Position numbers and translations under genes: made by a program. From the NCBI RefSeq assembly GCF_030684315.1, contig NC_081374.1, positions 12,016,837 through 12,080,836 of the forward strand: 64,000 nucleotides of DNA. The letters are read 5' to 3'. The notes under the pieces were generated by a model. That model was not told where the DNA came from. It searched no databases and saw only the letters and a list, made by a program, of their open reading frames with translations. Of the stretch, positions 36,701 through 48,245 are shown piece by piece. The DNA comes from Stegostoma tigrinum. Taxonomy: Eukaryota. Position 1 is the first letter of the stretch, and each line of letters opens with the position of its first letter.

Positions 36701-39700
36701 AGGGACTTTGATAGGATGCAGAGCTGGGCTGAGAAGTGGCAGATGGATTTTAACCCTGACAAGTGTGAGGTGATTCATTTTGAAAGGACAAATTTGAAAT
36801 CAGAATACAGGGTTAACGGAAAGATTCTTGGCAATGTGGAGGAGCAGAGAGATCTCAGGCTTCAGGTCCACAGTTCCCGTAAAGCTGCCACCCAGGTGGG
36901 TAGAGTTGTTAAGAAGGCGTATGGTATGTTCGCTTTCATTCATAGAGGGATTCAAGAGTTCAAGAGCCATTAAGCTGGGCTCCACCTGTACAAAACCCTC
37001 TTTCAGCTACATTTGGAGTATTGTGTCCAGTTCTGGTCGCCTCATTACAGGAAAGATGTGGAAGATTTGGAAAAGGTGCAGAGGAGATTTACCAGGATGT
37101 GACCTGGAATGAAGGGAAGGTCTTATGAGGAAAAGTTGAGAGAGCTAGGGCTTTTCTCTTTCAAAAGACGAAGAATGAGAGGTGACTTGATGAAAGTGTA
37201 TGAAATGATCAGAGGTATAGAAAGAGTGAACAGCCAGAGACTTTTTCCTCGGGTGAAGGCAGCTATTACGAGGGGCCATTTTTTTAAAGTGAGTGGAGGT
37301 AGATATAGGGGAGACGACAGAGGAAGGCCCTTTACTCAGAGTGTGGTGGGGGCCTACAATGCATTGCTGGAGAGGGTAGTGGAGTCAGCCTCATTTGGAG
37401 CATTTAAGCGGCAATTGGATAGGCATATGTATGATAGTATAAGGCAGGGGTCGAGGTTAGATGGGCCTGAGGTTTAGGGTAAAAGTTAGACACAGCACTG
37501 TGGGCCAATGGCCCTGTACTGTGCTGTACAGTTCTATGTACTATGTTCTCGAAACACACGGTTGTTGGGGAACTTGGGGATATAAATATTGATGGCTTGA
37601 TAACTGTCCACATTACAAAAGAGGAAGTGCTGAAGGTCTTAAAAAACACAAAGGTGAATAAATTGGTGGTCCCTGATTAAGCATGTCCCAGGATATTGTG
37701 GGAAGTTAGTGAAGAAATTGAGGGATCCCTTGTGGAGATATGTGTCTCATCCACAGTCACAGGTGCAGTGCCTGAGGACTGGAGGCTGGCTAATGATGAG
37801 CCTTTATTTAAGCAAGGCTATAATGGGAAGCGTGGGAACTATAGGCCTGTGAGCCTGGCATCAGTGACGGGTAAGTTGCTGGAGCGGATTCTGAGAGATA
37901 GGATTTATATGCAATTGAAGCGGGAAGGGCTGTTTAGGGTGAATCAGTATCACTTTGTGTGTGTGAAGTGTACCTTACAAACTTGTTTGAGATTTTTGAG
38001 AATGAAACCAACAAGATTGATGAGGACAGAGTAGTAGATGTTGTCTACATGGGCTTTAGTAACAAGGTTCCTCATGGTCAACTAATTAGTAAAGTTAGAT
38101 CTCATTGGATTGAGGGTGATCTTGCCAAATGGAACAAAATTGGTTTGACAGCAGGAGACAGGGTGTGGTGCTGGAGGGTTTATTTTGGACGGGAGGCCTG
38201 TGACCAGCGAAGTTGCACATGCATCAGTATAATTTAGGTCAACGATTTGGATGAGAATTTAGGAGGCAGGGTTAGAAAATTTTCAGGTGACACCAAAATT
38301 GGTGGTAAAGTCGACCATTAAGAAGAACATCTAAGATTACAAAGGGATCTTGATCAATTGGGCCAATGAGCTGAGGAGTGGCACACAGTTTTTAATTTTG
38401 AAAAATGTACGATATTACATTTTGGTAAAACAAATAAGGGCAGGACTTACGTAATTCTTGATAGTGGCCTGGGTAGTGTTGTCGAAATGAGAGATCTAGA
38501 AGTTCCGTTTGATAATTCTTTAAAATTTGCATCACAAGTAGACATGGTGGTTGAGATGGTATTTAACTGTTTTGCCTTCATTGCTCAGACCATTGAGTAC
38601 AGGATTTGGAACATCGTGTTGAGCTTGTACAGGATTTTGGTGAGGTTACTTTTGGTGTCCTGTGTACAGTTCTAGTCACCCTGCTGTAGGAAGGTAAATG
38701 TTATGTTGAAGCAGCTTCAGAAGAGATTTAACAGAATGTTACTAGAACTGGATGGTTTCAGTTATAAGAATAGATGAGAAAGGCTGGGGCTTTTTCCACA
38801 AGGCTTTTTTATAATTCATTTATTGGATGAGGGTGTCGCTGACCAGGAAGCATTTATTACCCATCTCTAAATGCTCCGAGGGCAGTTCAGAGTCAACCAC
38901 GTTGCTGTGGGTCTGGAGTCACATGTCGGCCTGAACAGATAAGGATGGCAGTTTGCTTCCCTAAAGGACGTTACTGAACCAGATGGGTTTTTCCTGACAA
39001 TCGACAATGGATTCAGAGTCATCATTAGACTCTTAATTCCAGATATTTATTCAATTCAAATTCCACCATTTGCAATGGCAGGATTTGAAGCCTCGTCCCT
39101 AGATCATAATCTGGGTCCCTGGATTAACAATCCAGCAATAATACCACAAGGGAATTGCCTCTCCCAGAGTGTAGGTTGAGTTGTAAATTTATAAAGGCTT
39201 ATAAAGTCATGAGGGGCATACATGAGATGAATAGCAAAGGTCTTTTTCCCGAGGATGGGGGAGTTCAATTGAGAGGGAATGTTTTTAAGATGAGAGAAGA
39301 AAGATTTAAAAGGGACCTGAGGGACAACTATTCACACAGGGGTTATTTCATGTGGGGACAGGGGCACAACTAATGAATGGACAGTTACAACAATTAAAAG
39401 ATGAAAAGGAAAGGTTTGGTAGGAAATGGGCCAAATGCAGACGAGTGGGACTAGTTCAATTTGAGAAACTTAGGCAACATTGACGTGTTGAACCAAAGGG
39501 TCTGTTTCCGTGCTGTATGACTCAATGACTCTGTAAAATTATCGGTAGAATTAGGTCATTTACAGGTGTCATTGTGATCAGAGAAGGGGAAATAATGATA
39601 TCACACAGGCTTTTTGTACAAGTAATGAGCTTCCATTTGTTCATGATGTTCTCTTGGATAATTACAAGTGAAAATGAGGTGAATTTGAACATCATTCCCT

Positions 39701-42700
39701 TCTTTCAACAGAACAGAGATATATTTGTAACATTTCTTCAACAATACCACCAACGACTACATATTCCCCAAATGCAAATCGAATTTCTTCTCCCAGTCAA
39801 ACTCCAACCTCAGCAGACAATCTGTCTGAAAGGTATGATGTTCTTTGTTTTGAATCCATGTTCGAAATTAACAACTTGTTCAACAATTTTGGCCAAACGA
39901 GTGAAAGTCATCTGTTATTTTGGAAATGAAAATGGTGCTGGGTTTATATCAGGCTGCTATGTTAGTTTTCATTGAAGGTCCAATTGTTTTTGAAAAGTAC
40001 AATTGGAGAACATACTTTCTATTTTGCTGACGTTCAGACTGCATTGCTCATCTTCATTACTTCACCATTAAACCACATGGAGTGTGATGCACTGTGCTTG
40101 CCAAACCTACCTTGCTGCTGTGTGTCCTGGAGTGTGATATCAGGGCAGGTTCATTCCTGCTGGTGAAAAGAAAGATTTGAGGTGATATATCTGCACAGTG
40201 ACAGGGAGCTTTCAGTGTAAGTCTTTCGCATCAACTCCAATTTCGCGTGGTGGCCCACAGCGCCAGGGACCCGGGTTCAATTTTACACCTGCGTAATTGT
40301 GTGTATGTAGTTTGCACATTCTCCCCTTGCGCGTGTGTGTTTCCTCTGTGTGCTCGGGTTTTCATTCCACAGTCCAAAGATGTGCACTTTAGGTGGATTG
40401 GCCTTGGCAAATACTTCTGATTGTACATGTATTTGTCGGCTATTTGGATTAGCCATGGGACATTGGGGAGGAGTGTTGCGTCTCTTTGGATGCTCTTTGG
40501 ACGGTCCATGAAGTCTTGATGGGCCGAATGGTCTGTTTCCACACTGTAGAGATTCTGTGATTCTATGATCTATATGTCAGTTGTGAAAATTTATGTAAAT
40601 AAAGATCATCAGAATCTAATATCCATTTTTGAAACTGTTGTTGCTGAGTTTCAATGGGCATCTGGTGCTGTTTTATTCCATTTTTACTCAGTCAAATTTA
40701 CTAACTTTAAAAAGGTTCAGTGGTGGTACGTTTACCTTCTTTCCCAACGGTTGTGAGCTCACTTCTCCTTCAGAGACTTGGGCACGTTATCAATGCTGAG
40801 CCCCCAGTGCAGTACTGAGAGAGTGCCACAATGTGGTGGCACTGCCTTCCCTCTGTGATCAATCCAGGCCCCAGCTGCCCCTCTCAGGGGAATGTGGTAG
40901 ATCTCTTGGCGAAATTCATAGAAGAGCAGGGCCATTCTCCGTGGAGACCTGGGCAATGTGTTCCCTTTACCAATTCCAAATTACATCTTCATACATCTAA
41001 TTATTGTTTCTGGGAGCATGCTATGAGCAAATTGAATACCATGTTTGCCATTGCAACATTTAATATAAGTATTACACTCCCTGCAGTACTTTCAGACGTC
41101 CTGAGGTGATGAAAGTCTTTCTTAATATATTTCTTGCATTAAATGGCCAAGAATCAATTGTGAACAAACACTTTTCTATTCTCTCTATCACAGTCTGATT
41201 TACATTGTACTCGGTGTGCTGGGGGCCATTCTGGTTGTTTTTGCTGTGTCTCTATTTTTGTACCTGAGGCAAATGGACAAGGGTGAGTTTTGATTTCTCT
41301 TCAATCATTTCATTGTATCCCAATAGCTTGCAATTGGATATAAATAGTGTATCAGAATTAGATCTTCTGATGGCTAGACAGCTGACATTCCAGTACAGTC
41401 AGGAGCTGCATGTGGAGACTCTGAAGATTCTCCATTGTAGCAGATACTGAAGGAATTCCCCAGAAGATTGAATGTTTATTTTTATTCATTCACGGGATGA
41501 GGGCATCACTGGCATTTATTGCCCATCCCTAATTTCCCAGAGAGCAGTTAAGAGTCAACCACATTGCTGTGGGACTGGAGTCACATGTAGGCCAGACCAG
41601 GTAAGGATAGCAGTTTCATTCCCTGAAGGACATTGGTAAATCTGATGGGTTTTTCCTGACAATCGATTCATGATCATTATTAGATTCATAATTCCAGATA
41701 TTTATTGAATTCAAATTCCACCATCTGCTACGGCAGGATTTGAACCTGGGATATCCAGAATATTATGTGGGTCTCTAGGTTTACAGTCCAGTGGCCATAC
41801 CACTAGGCCATCACCTTCCCAATAGACAATTCCTCAACACTTGGGCCATCCATTTATTTCAGAGAATGCCAATGAAATTAAGTAAAATTGTTATTCAGTG
41901 AAAGTAAAGTGAATAAGTACATGGCCTAACTTCTGAGTAACTATTCAGCTGACCCCGGACTTACATCATATGGTCTGAACTATACTTTCGCAAGACTCCT
42001 TACAGCCCTCACTCCCTTGTTGGGAATCATGGGTGCAATGGTGATGAATGTATTCCAGTACATATTCATACACACTGCAATTCATGTTCAGCTTAAAGAT
42101 TTTAAACATTGAACACTCTTGTTAAATTTGCTTGAATGATTGTATTTTGATGTTTCAGGTATATTCTGCATCATGCATCAACAAAGAGATAAGACTTTTA
42201 ATGATGACCTGGTAAGGATAATGAATATTAACTTGCTGAATACAGGTTAGAAAGTTGCAGAAAAGGGATTTACAGCACAGAAATTAGTAATTCAGTCCAG
42301 CTGTTGCTCTTATGCTCCACACAAGACTTCTCCCACTCCTCTTCATCAACGTCCAACTCCAGTCTTCTTTACATGTTTATTAAGTTATCTCTTAAATAAA
42401 ACAATACAACTTGACTCAACTCTTCCATTGGAAAGAAGTAGAGAATTCAGGAGAAAGCTTGTTATCTGAAAAGTGTCAAAATGTGGAACCTATTACCATG
42501 AGGGGTCCATGAGGCAAATAGAATAATTCCATGTAGAAGGGCAGCTGGATAAGCACATGAGTGTGAAATGAATACCATTTGTTGATGAGATTGGATGAAA
42601 ATGGGAGGAGGAGGCTCAGTAGGAGAATTACTACAGTACAGGTTTGAATTGTCTATTTTGCACTGTAAATAATTTTTAATATCTTCTGACACTGTATATA

Positions 42701-43102
42701 GATTAGTAATAATCATGAAATCACTTTCTCTTTGTAAAAGCACAAATCATGATTGAAGTGAATCAAAAATACATTTTTTTTCAATTTTAGGAATTGGCAT
42801 CAGTGGAAAAGAACATGGTATACGCAAACATAAACCACATTCAAACGAACACAGCAAACAGACAGAGAGAGAGAAGGGACAATCTGAAAAATGATGAAAT
42901 CATGTATTCAGCATTGGAATTTCAAAAGAAATCTTCATCAGTGAGAGGTGGGCTGGCAAGGCACACAGTTGACAACTCAAACAGTGTCATCTACAGTGAC
43001 CTCAATTTACCAAACCAGCCACTAAAGGGGAATAAGAAAGCCCCACGACTCATTCCTGCTCAGGGATCTGAAACGGCAGTTTATGCTGATATTGGAATTT
43101 AG
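30671..43102 (+). CDS. 7-exon inhibitory Ig-superfamily receptor, CD300/pIgR (CMRF35/MDIR)-like, 415 aa: join(30671..30707,33089..33403,33554..33874,39712..39832,41194..41282,42159..42211,42791..43102)
   Basis: Hand-spliced: six GT-AG introns with phases 1,1,1,2,1,0; total 1248 nt = 415 codons plus TAG, no internal stop. Domain order: signal peptide, IgV, IgC2, stalk, TM, Tyr-motif tail. Confidence 0.9.
32165..32522 (-). mobile_element. V-SINE in intron 1
   Basis: GGAAACCCATGCAGACATGGAGGGAATGTGCAAGCT core; ends in ..ccactgagccactgtg, like the other copies. Confidence 0.7.
33089..33403 (+). CDS. Exon 2, V-type Ig domain of the CD300/pIgR/TREM type
   Basis: Acceptor ttttctcctcag, donor G|GTACAT. 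Translation VSDALWAERSLTGILGRAITIHCHY..KYWCHGWTRQC..GRISITDN..FLVTMKNLQWGDAGWYSCG..ISE shows B-strand Cys, KYWC plus an extra Cys, and DxGxYxC. Confidence 0.93.
33554..33874 (+). CDS. Exon 3, C2-type Ig domain, FCRL/PECAM/allergin-like
   Basis: Acceptor ttctttcccacag, donor G|GTAAGT. Translation EAVSTPKL..GGSVTISCESARGSLPIHYTWY..QYYCTASN..KSSEIVHVSV; the CE-x-x-RGS-x-PI-x-Y motif resembles FCRL domains. Confidence 0.9.
35630..36010 (+). mobile_element. CR1 ORF2 fragment in intron 3
   Basis: FYTYVRNKRM and CAEPEETGEVLNEYISLVFTTERDL are homologous to the 919..1893 ORF. Confidence 0.8.
36011..36512 (+). mobile_element. Penelope-like terminal repeat fragment, with a ~35-bp unit repeated three times near its start
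   Basis: Reverse-complement similarity to 2603..3000; carries the hammerhead motif. Confidence 0.82.
36383..36414 (+). ncRNA. Minimal hammerhead ribozyme motif in a Penelope terminal repeat
   Basis: CT-CTGATGA-A-GGGT(CTAG)GCCC-GAAAC-GTC-AG: intact core, stem II, palindromic ACGT stem III and GUC cleavage triplet. Confidence 0.7.
36513..37548 (+). mobile_element. CR1 RT C-terminus and 3' end
   Basis: VNDLDVGVEGWMSKF, WAEKWQMDFNPDKCEVIHF and RRRMRGDL; tail ttctatgtactatgttct. Confidence 0.9.
37549..39533 (+). mobile_element. Older decayed CR1 ORF2 to 3' end, interrupted by a SINE
   Basis: VPEDWRLAN, GNYRPVSLASVTGKLLERILRD and VDVVYMGFS, with multiple stops and frameshifts. Confidence 0.85.
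38805..39155 (-). mobile_element. SINE of a second family; related copies at ~41478..41820 and ~54440..54572 (truncated)
   Basis: Shared core gggcagtt.agagtcaaccac.ttgctgtgggtctggagtcacatgt and B-box-like GGATTTGAA; the tail resembles the LINE end at 52300..52460. Confidence 0.7.
39712..39832 (+). CDS. Exon 4, Ser/Thr/Pro-rich stalk
   Basis: Acceptor ttcccttctttcaacag, donor AG|GTATGA. EQRYICNISSTIPPTTTYSPNANRISSPSQTPTSADNLSE; phase 1 in and phase 2 out fits both neighbours. Confidence 0.82.
40244..40565 (+). mobile_element. V-SINE
   Basis: gggacccgggttcaat B-box, gtttgcacattctcccc V-domain and a CR1-like tail. Confidence 0.78.
40720..41110 (+). mobile_element. Deu-domain SINE (AmnSINE1/SacSINE1-like); copy at ~53680..54070
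   Basis: ccagtgcagtactgagagagtg..ggccccagctgcccctctcagg..gaagagcaggg resembles the recalled Deu domain. Confidence 0.65.
41194..41282 (+). CDS. Exon 5, transmembrane segment without a charged residue
   Basis: Acceptor ttttctattctctctatcacag, donor G|GTGAGT. SLIYIVLGVLGAILVVFAVSLFLYLRQMDK. Confidence 0.9.
42159..42211 (+). CDS. Exon 6, short juxtamembrane cytoplasmic exon
   Basis: Acceptor tgtttcag, donor CTG|GTAAGG. GIFCIMHQQRDKTFNDDL; converts phase 1 to phase 0, as needed to reach exon 7 in frame. Confidence 0.8.
42791..43102 (+). CDS. Exon 7, cytoplasmic tail with MVYANI, IMYSAL, VIYSDL and AVYADI
   Basis: Acceptor tttttttcaattttag; in frame with ORF 42794..43102. IMYSAL and VIYSDL match the ITIM consensus (S/I/V/L)xYxx(I/V/L); the other two are ITIM-like. 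Confidence 0.9.
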   Translation, partial: ELASVEKNMVYANINHIQTNTANRQRERRDNLKNDEIMYSALEFQKKSSSVRGGLARHTVDNSNSVIYSDLNLPNQPLKGNKKAPRLIPAQGSETAVYADIGI

Positions 43103-44402
43103 GAAAAACATGATGAGATGTTTGTACTGCTCATTGTTTCTTCTTACTTTGCAATGCAGTTATTTTAAATTTCATCTATTGTCAGCTTCCCGCAAATTTA
43201 GTTTGTCCAGCTCCTTCAGATTTGTTCCCTACAATTCCATACTCCTTCCAGTTTGTTTTCCTCAGCAAATGGAATCAATTTACCTTCAGTTCCTGAGTCC
43301 AGGTCACTCATATAAATTAGGAAGAGTAGAATACCAAGGTGTTTGGCAACACAATCAGTCCCCATTTCCCCTTTTCCCCTAACTCCACCTTCTGATCACA
43401 GATTCCAGGTTCAAACCCCGCTCCTAGAGCTCAGTTCAAAAACCAAGCTTCAGACCCAACATGGTTCGGTTGGATACTAATAATCGTGTGTAAAAAACCA
43501 AACTTGAAAAGGGAACATCAATTTTTACAGCACAAGAAGGGGGTGCCAATTTGTTTGGATCGTGGCTGACATGGAGATGCAGCAGGGACTGTTAACCATC
43601 AATTTAGCTGATTAAACTCAGACCAGGCAAGCATGCTCTGACTAATTAAGTGAATTAATTAATGAATAGCAGTTTGCAAGATCCTCTCTCTGAGATGTCA
43701 GGATATATTCATTTAATGCAGAAGGGGCCCAGTGTGGGAATGTGTGTGGCTTCTAGCATGCACAAATGAATTACCCTGCAAGCCCAATGGATCATCTGAC
43801 ATTGGTTTCTGAGCACAAACAGAACTCTTCAATAAACATTGTTCAATAGCAGAATCATGTCTGATGTTGGATGTGGCAGTCTGGGATTACAGTATGGGCC
43901 AGTTAACGTGATTGGCTCACTCCTGACCTGCAGTGTTGTCTGATATCATCAGCCAAATGTTCAGATGTACAGTCCATACACTCGGCATCACACCGACATT
44001 AAAGATAATATTCCACAGTATTACAGGATTATGAGAATTGGGAAATTGAACTGTTTGGACATTATTGGAGTGAAGAGGGATCTTAGAAGTGATTTCTTGA
44101 AAAATATGAAAAGTCAAGGCAAACTTTTTTTTACTGTGTACTGGAAAAGTTAATAATTTTGCGAAATATACAACTTAAAGCTTTTAAAAGAGGTAAAATA
44201 TTGTACTTATGGCCTAAATGATTTAACAAACTTAAAGAGAAATCCTCAGGCCTATGCTGTTGTCCTGATTCATCCTATCCAAAAAACCTCTGCTCAGCTG
44301 TGGTATCTTATGCTCTCTGTGTGTGAATTTGTGTTTGAGATTAGGAGGATGTAGTTTAGTTGCTCACTGTTCTGGCAACTGATAAAAGAAAAGATTTGTT
44401 TT

Positions 44403-44408
44403 AATAAA
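44403..44408 (+). terminator. Candidate polyadenylation signal AATAAA (copy at 56075..56080)
   Basis: Followed by T/GT-rich sequence and conserved in the duplicate, unlike the AATAAA at 43831. Confidence 0.4.
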
Positions 44409-45060
44409 CAATTTATTTGTATGTTGAAGAAATTAAGGGGAAGTCTGTTTTGTTTATAATAACTTTTATAAATAGGAACGCCTAAACCATTTTGGTGACT
44501 ATATGAAATATTTAAACCTTCTGGTATTGTTTGTGGCACAGTGGGATTTTATTAACTGTACATTTTCCCATCAGAATTGTAACAAATGTTGCTGAGGTAA
44601 GAGGCCCCACTGCCAGGCACATGGGTCATGATGGACAGGTTCTAGTGATGGACTGGAGTGGTCAAAATCAGAAGGCACATGACACCAGATAATAGTCCAA
44701 CTGGTTTATTCCAAATCACAAGCTTTCACAGTACTGCTCCTTCATCAGGTGAAGGCACCTGACAAAGGAGGAGTGTTCTGAAACCGAGAGGTACAGTCTT
44801 CACTGCCCAGAGGCAGTAGGGCTGGAGATGGGAAGTGAACTTTATTAGAAAGGATGGTGGTGCCCCTAACCCAGTGCCTTCCCCACCCTTGTTTGGATTT
44901 GGATCTCAGCAGGAAAGTCCAACGTCCAACTCCAACAGTCCACCGCCCATTGAGACCCCTAAGTGCTCATTCAAGTTTCAAGTGCTCTTTCAGCTCCAGG
45001 CAGGACAAGAAAGAACCAGCCTATCAGACTGGGGTTATCTCTTCTGTCATCTGCCACCTG

Positions 45061-45062
<2 letters not shown>

Positions 45063-45100
<38 letters not shown>
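45063..45100. repeat. (TG)19 microsatellite
   Basis: Direct reading. Confidence 0.97.
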
Positions 45101-45102
<2 letters not shown>

Positions 45103-46009
45103 CATAACCTATTTCTGGTCTAAGGAGTAAACAAGTTGTAGTTTATTTCATTCCTGCAATTATTTACAGATTCGATTAATAGGCTCAACATTATAACAAA
45201 CATTGTTGGGATGGAAAAACCTGAGGTCTGAGACACACTAGATCCTGCTTTACTCTCTCAGCTCAAGGCACCATCAAGGTGTGTGGTGCTTATTGTATTC
45301 AATCAAGTACTGAGCCCTTCAACCCCATTCAGGCCCAAATACAAGATTAACTATTGAGGAAAGCTGTTAGTTTTACTGATAATGGGTAAGGTCTCTTGAT
45401 CCACTGAGAATTATAGCACACATCACATTCCCAGTGCTCCGTACTCCCTCTCTCCATTACCTTCAACCTAAAAGACCCGACCTCTCCCTGGATGATCCTT
45501 TGTACTGAGAGGGCTGGGGGGTGTCATTGTCCTGTCAACAGACAAGACCTTCCCCATGACACTGCCAGCTTCTGATTGGCCAGGAGCTCTCAACAGCTGG
45601 GACATTCTTACCCTGGTTCCGAATTCCAGCAGAAAGCCCACCAGGAGCCAATCAGCCGTCTGAAAACCAGATAACTCAAAAGGATTTCGCACTCTTACAG
45701 AATGTGGCATTCTCTCCTGTAAATGCTCCTATTAAACATGAACTTAATTTGAAACTGAGACTTTCCTGCCTCTTTACCACATATTTCTCAACTTTAATTA
45801 TTCCAATGGGTTCTGTTATTTTCTATGATTAGATTTGAAACTTGTGTTTGTGGAGAGTCAATGAAGCAGTTTCTTAAAAAAAATCTGAACTCTGTCTCAG
45901 TGAGTCACATGGGAGCAGAATTAACTCAGAAAATTAATCCATTCATTGTCAAATATTAGAGGTTTTTTATGTTGATTTTAACATGGTTCTGAACAAAAGA
46001 AACTTCATT

Positions 46010-46370
46010 CTGTGTCAGGACTAGACAGGGTAAGCGCAAAAAAGATGTTCCCAACGATCAGAGCATCCACAAACAGGCTGCAGCCTAAGGATAGGACTAG
46101 GCCATTTTGTAGGGAGATGAGGAGAAATGACTTCACTCAGACAATGCCGAACTTTTGGAATTTTCTGCTACAGAAAGCAGCTCAGATCAAAACATTGAAG
46201 ATTTCAGGAAGGAGTTAGGTATCGTTCTAATGGTTAAAGGGATCGAAGGGCATGACGAGAAAGTAGGAACGGGGACTGAGTTGGATAATCGGCCACGATT
46301 GCATTGAATGAAGGAGCAGGCTTGAGGGGCTTAATGGCCTATTCCCACCCCTATATTCTACATTTCTAAA
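46010..46370 (+). mobile_element. CR1 3' fragment; truncated copy at ~59217..59434
   Basis: GLDRVSAKKMFP..FCREMRRNDFTQ..FWNFL peptide. Confidence 0.72.
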
Positions 46371-46550
46371 CAGATATTTCATTTGAAGGTGAAATTAAAA
46401 ATAACATAACATTCTCATTTGGGGACAGAAAGGTACAAAGGCTGGGAAGGTGGCAATTTAGGTGAGAGGATGATCTTGGCAGCGGTCCAAGAACCCTGAA
46501 TGCCAAGCCCATCAGGTGCGTGGATGTGGCTTGGCATTAACTGTTTGGGT

Positions 46551-48245
46551 TGCAAACAGAAGTTGCTGGCAAATTTCAGCAGGTCTGGCAACATCTGTGG
46601 AAAGAAAGCAGAGTCAAAGGTTCAAGTCCAGTGACTCTTCATCAGAACTGATAACAGCTGGGAATAAGTTGTATTTCTGCTGAGGACGTGGTTGGTGGGG
46701 CAGGGAGAGGGGAGGGGATAGGTGGAGATGGAGCCTTGAGACAGAGATATGAAAGAGGAGAGGCAGAGCATCCCCATTCCACCATCAACCTCCTCCACCT
46801 GGTTGAGATAATCCTCACTTTGAACAACTTCTCCTTCAACTCCTCTCAGTTACTTGCTGCCGGAGGCAAGTACAGTTTTAACAAACATTTGGACAGGTAC
46901 ATGAATGGGTTAGGTATAGAGACTCAATTCAGGCAAATGGGACTAAATTAATTGTGAAATCTGGGTGGCATGGACAACTTGGACCAAGGAGCCTGTTTCT
47001 GTGCTGTAGACCTCTACGACTCTGTGACTGTCTGACTCTTCAGGTCAAAGGTGTGGATATGGCTACTCACATAGGCAGCAGGTATGTTGGTCTCTTTGTG
47101 GGGTACGTGGAACATTCCTTGTACAATCCTACTCCCATCACAGCCCTTTCCCCGTTATGTCAATGATATCATCAGTGTTGCTTCCCTCTCTCATCCAGAA
47201 TTTGACAACTTGATCAATTTCATTTCCAATTTTCATCCTGCTCTCACCTTCATCTGATCTACTTAGGACTCCTCCCTTCCCTTCCTCAACATCTCTCTTT
47301 CTGTTTCTGTGGATAGCCTGGTCACCAATATCCTTTATAAACTCACTGACTCCCACAGTTATCTCAACTATGCATTCTCACACACTGCTTCTTGTACAGA
47401 CTTTATTCCCTTCTCCCTGTATTTCTGTCTCCGTCTCTGTCTCAACGATGCCTGTTCTAGAACAGGATGCAAGAAATATCCACATTCTTTCATCAGCCCA
47501 AGGATTTCCCAGCACCATGGTTGATAATGCCCGCCAACCCATGTCCTACCCAACTTCCACACTTCTGCCCTCGCTCATTCTCTTCCCTCCTACAGCAACA
47601 ATAGCGTCCCCCTCATCCTAACCAACCATCCCTCCAGCATCCACATCCAAAGGATCATAAGTCACCATTTCTTTCATCTCCAATGGGATACCACCACCAG
47701 ACACATATTCCCCTCCACTCCATTGTCAGCTTTTCACAGGGACCATTCCCTCCAGGGCAGCCTGGTCCACTCCTCCTCCACTTCCAACACCCCCACAGCA
47801 CCTTCCTACGTAATCACAGAAGATGTAATACCTGCCCGTTTATTTCCTCCCTCCTCACTACTCAAGGTGAAGCAGCAATGTACCTGCACTTCACACAAAC
47901 TAGTTTACTGTGTTCTCTGCTCACTATGTGGACTCCTTTACACTGGGGAGATGAAACGCATACTGGGCAAGCACTTTTCACAATGTCTATGCTATGTCTG
48001 ACAATGACTCCAAGCTTCCGTTGCCCACCACTTCAACACATTTCCGTGTTCTCTGGCCAACATTTCCGTCATAGACTTCTACCTCCACCCACCTCCGCCA
48101 CCCTCCCCACCTTGCCTACAGCATAGCTACCACTTTTTCCAAGCTGCTATCAGTTCAGCTGAAGAGTCACTGGATGTGAAATATTCAGTCTGCTTTTTTC
48201 CCAAAGAAACTTCCAGACCCGCCTCGATTCGGCAGCAATTTTGGC
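46551..48245 (+). mobile_element. Penelope-like element (inverted 5' terminal piece, RT, GIY-YIG, terminal repeat); copy at ~59436..61045
   Basis: LVEIILTLNNFSFNSS, LQVKGVDMATHIG, RYVNDI (YIDD-like), YKLTDSHSYL and VYCVLCSLCGLLYTGE; a CR1-tail fragment is inserted at ~46870..47030. Confidence 0.85.

Noticed and set aside
39574-39975. 133-aa ORF over exon 4
   Set aside because: Wrong frame; the spliced stalk exon uses another frame.
43083-43382. 99-aa ORF conserved in both 3' copies
   Set aside because: Overlaps the stop codon and 3' UTR; conservation is explained by the duplication.
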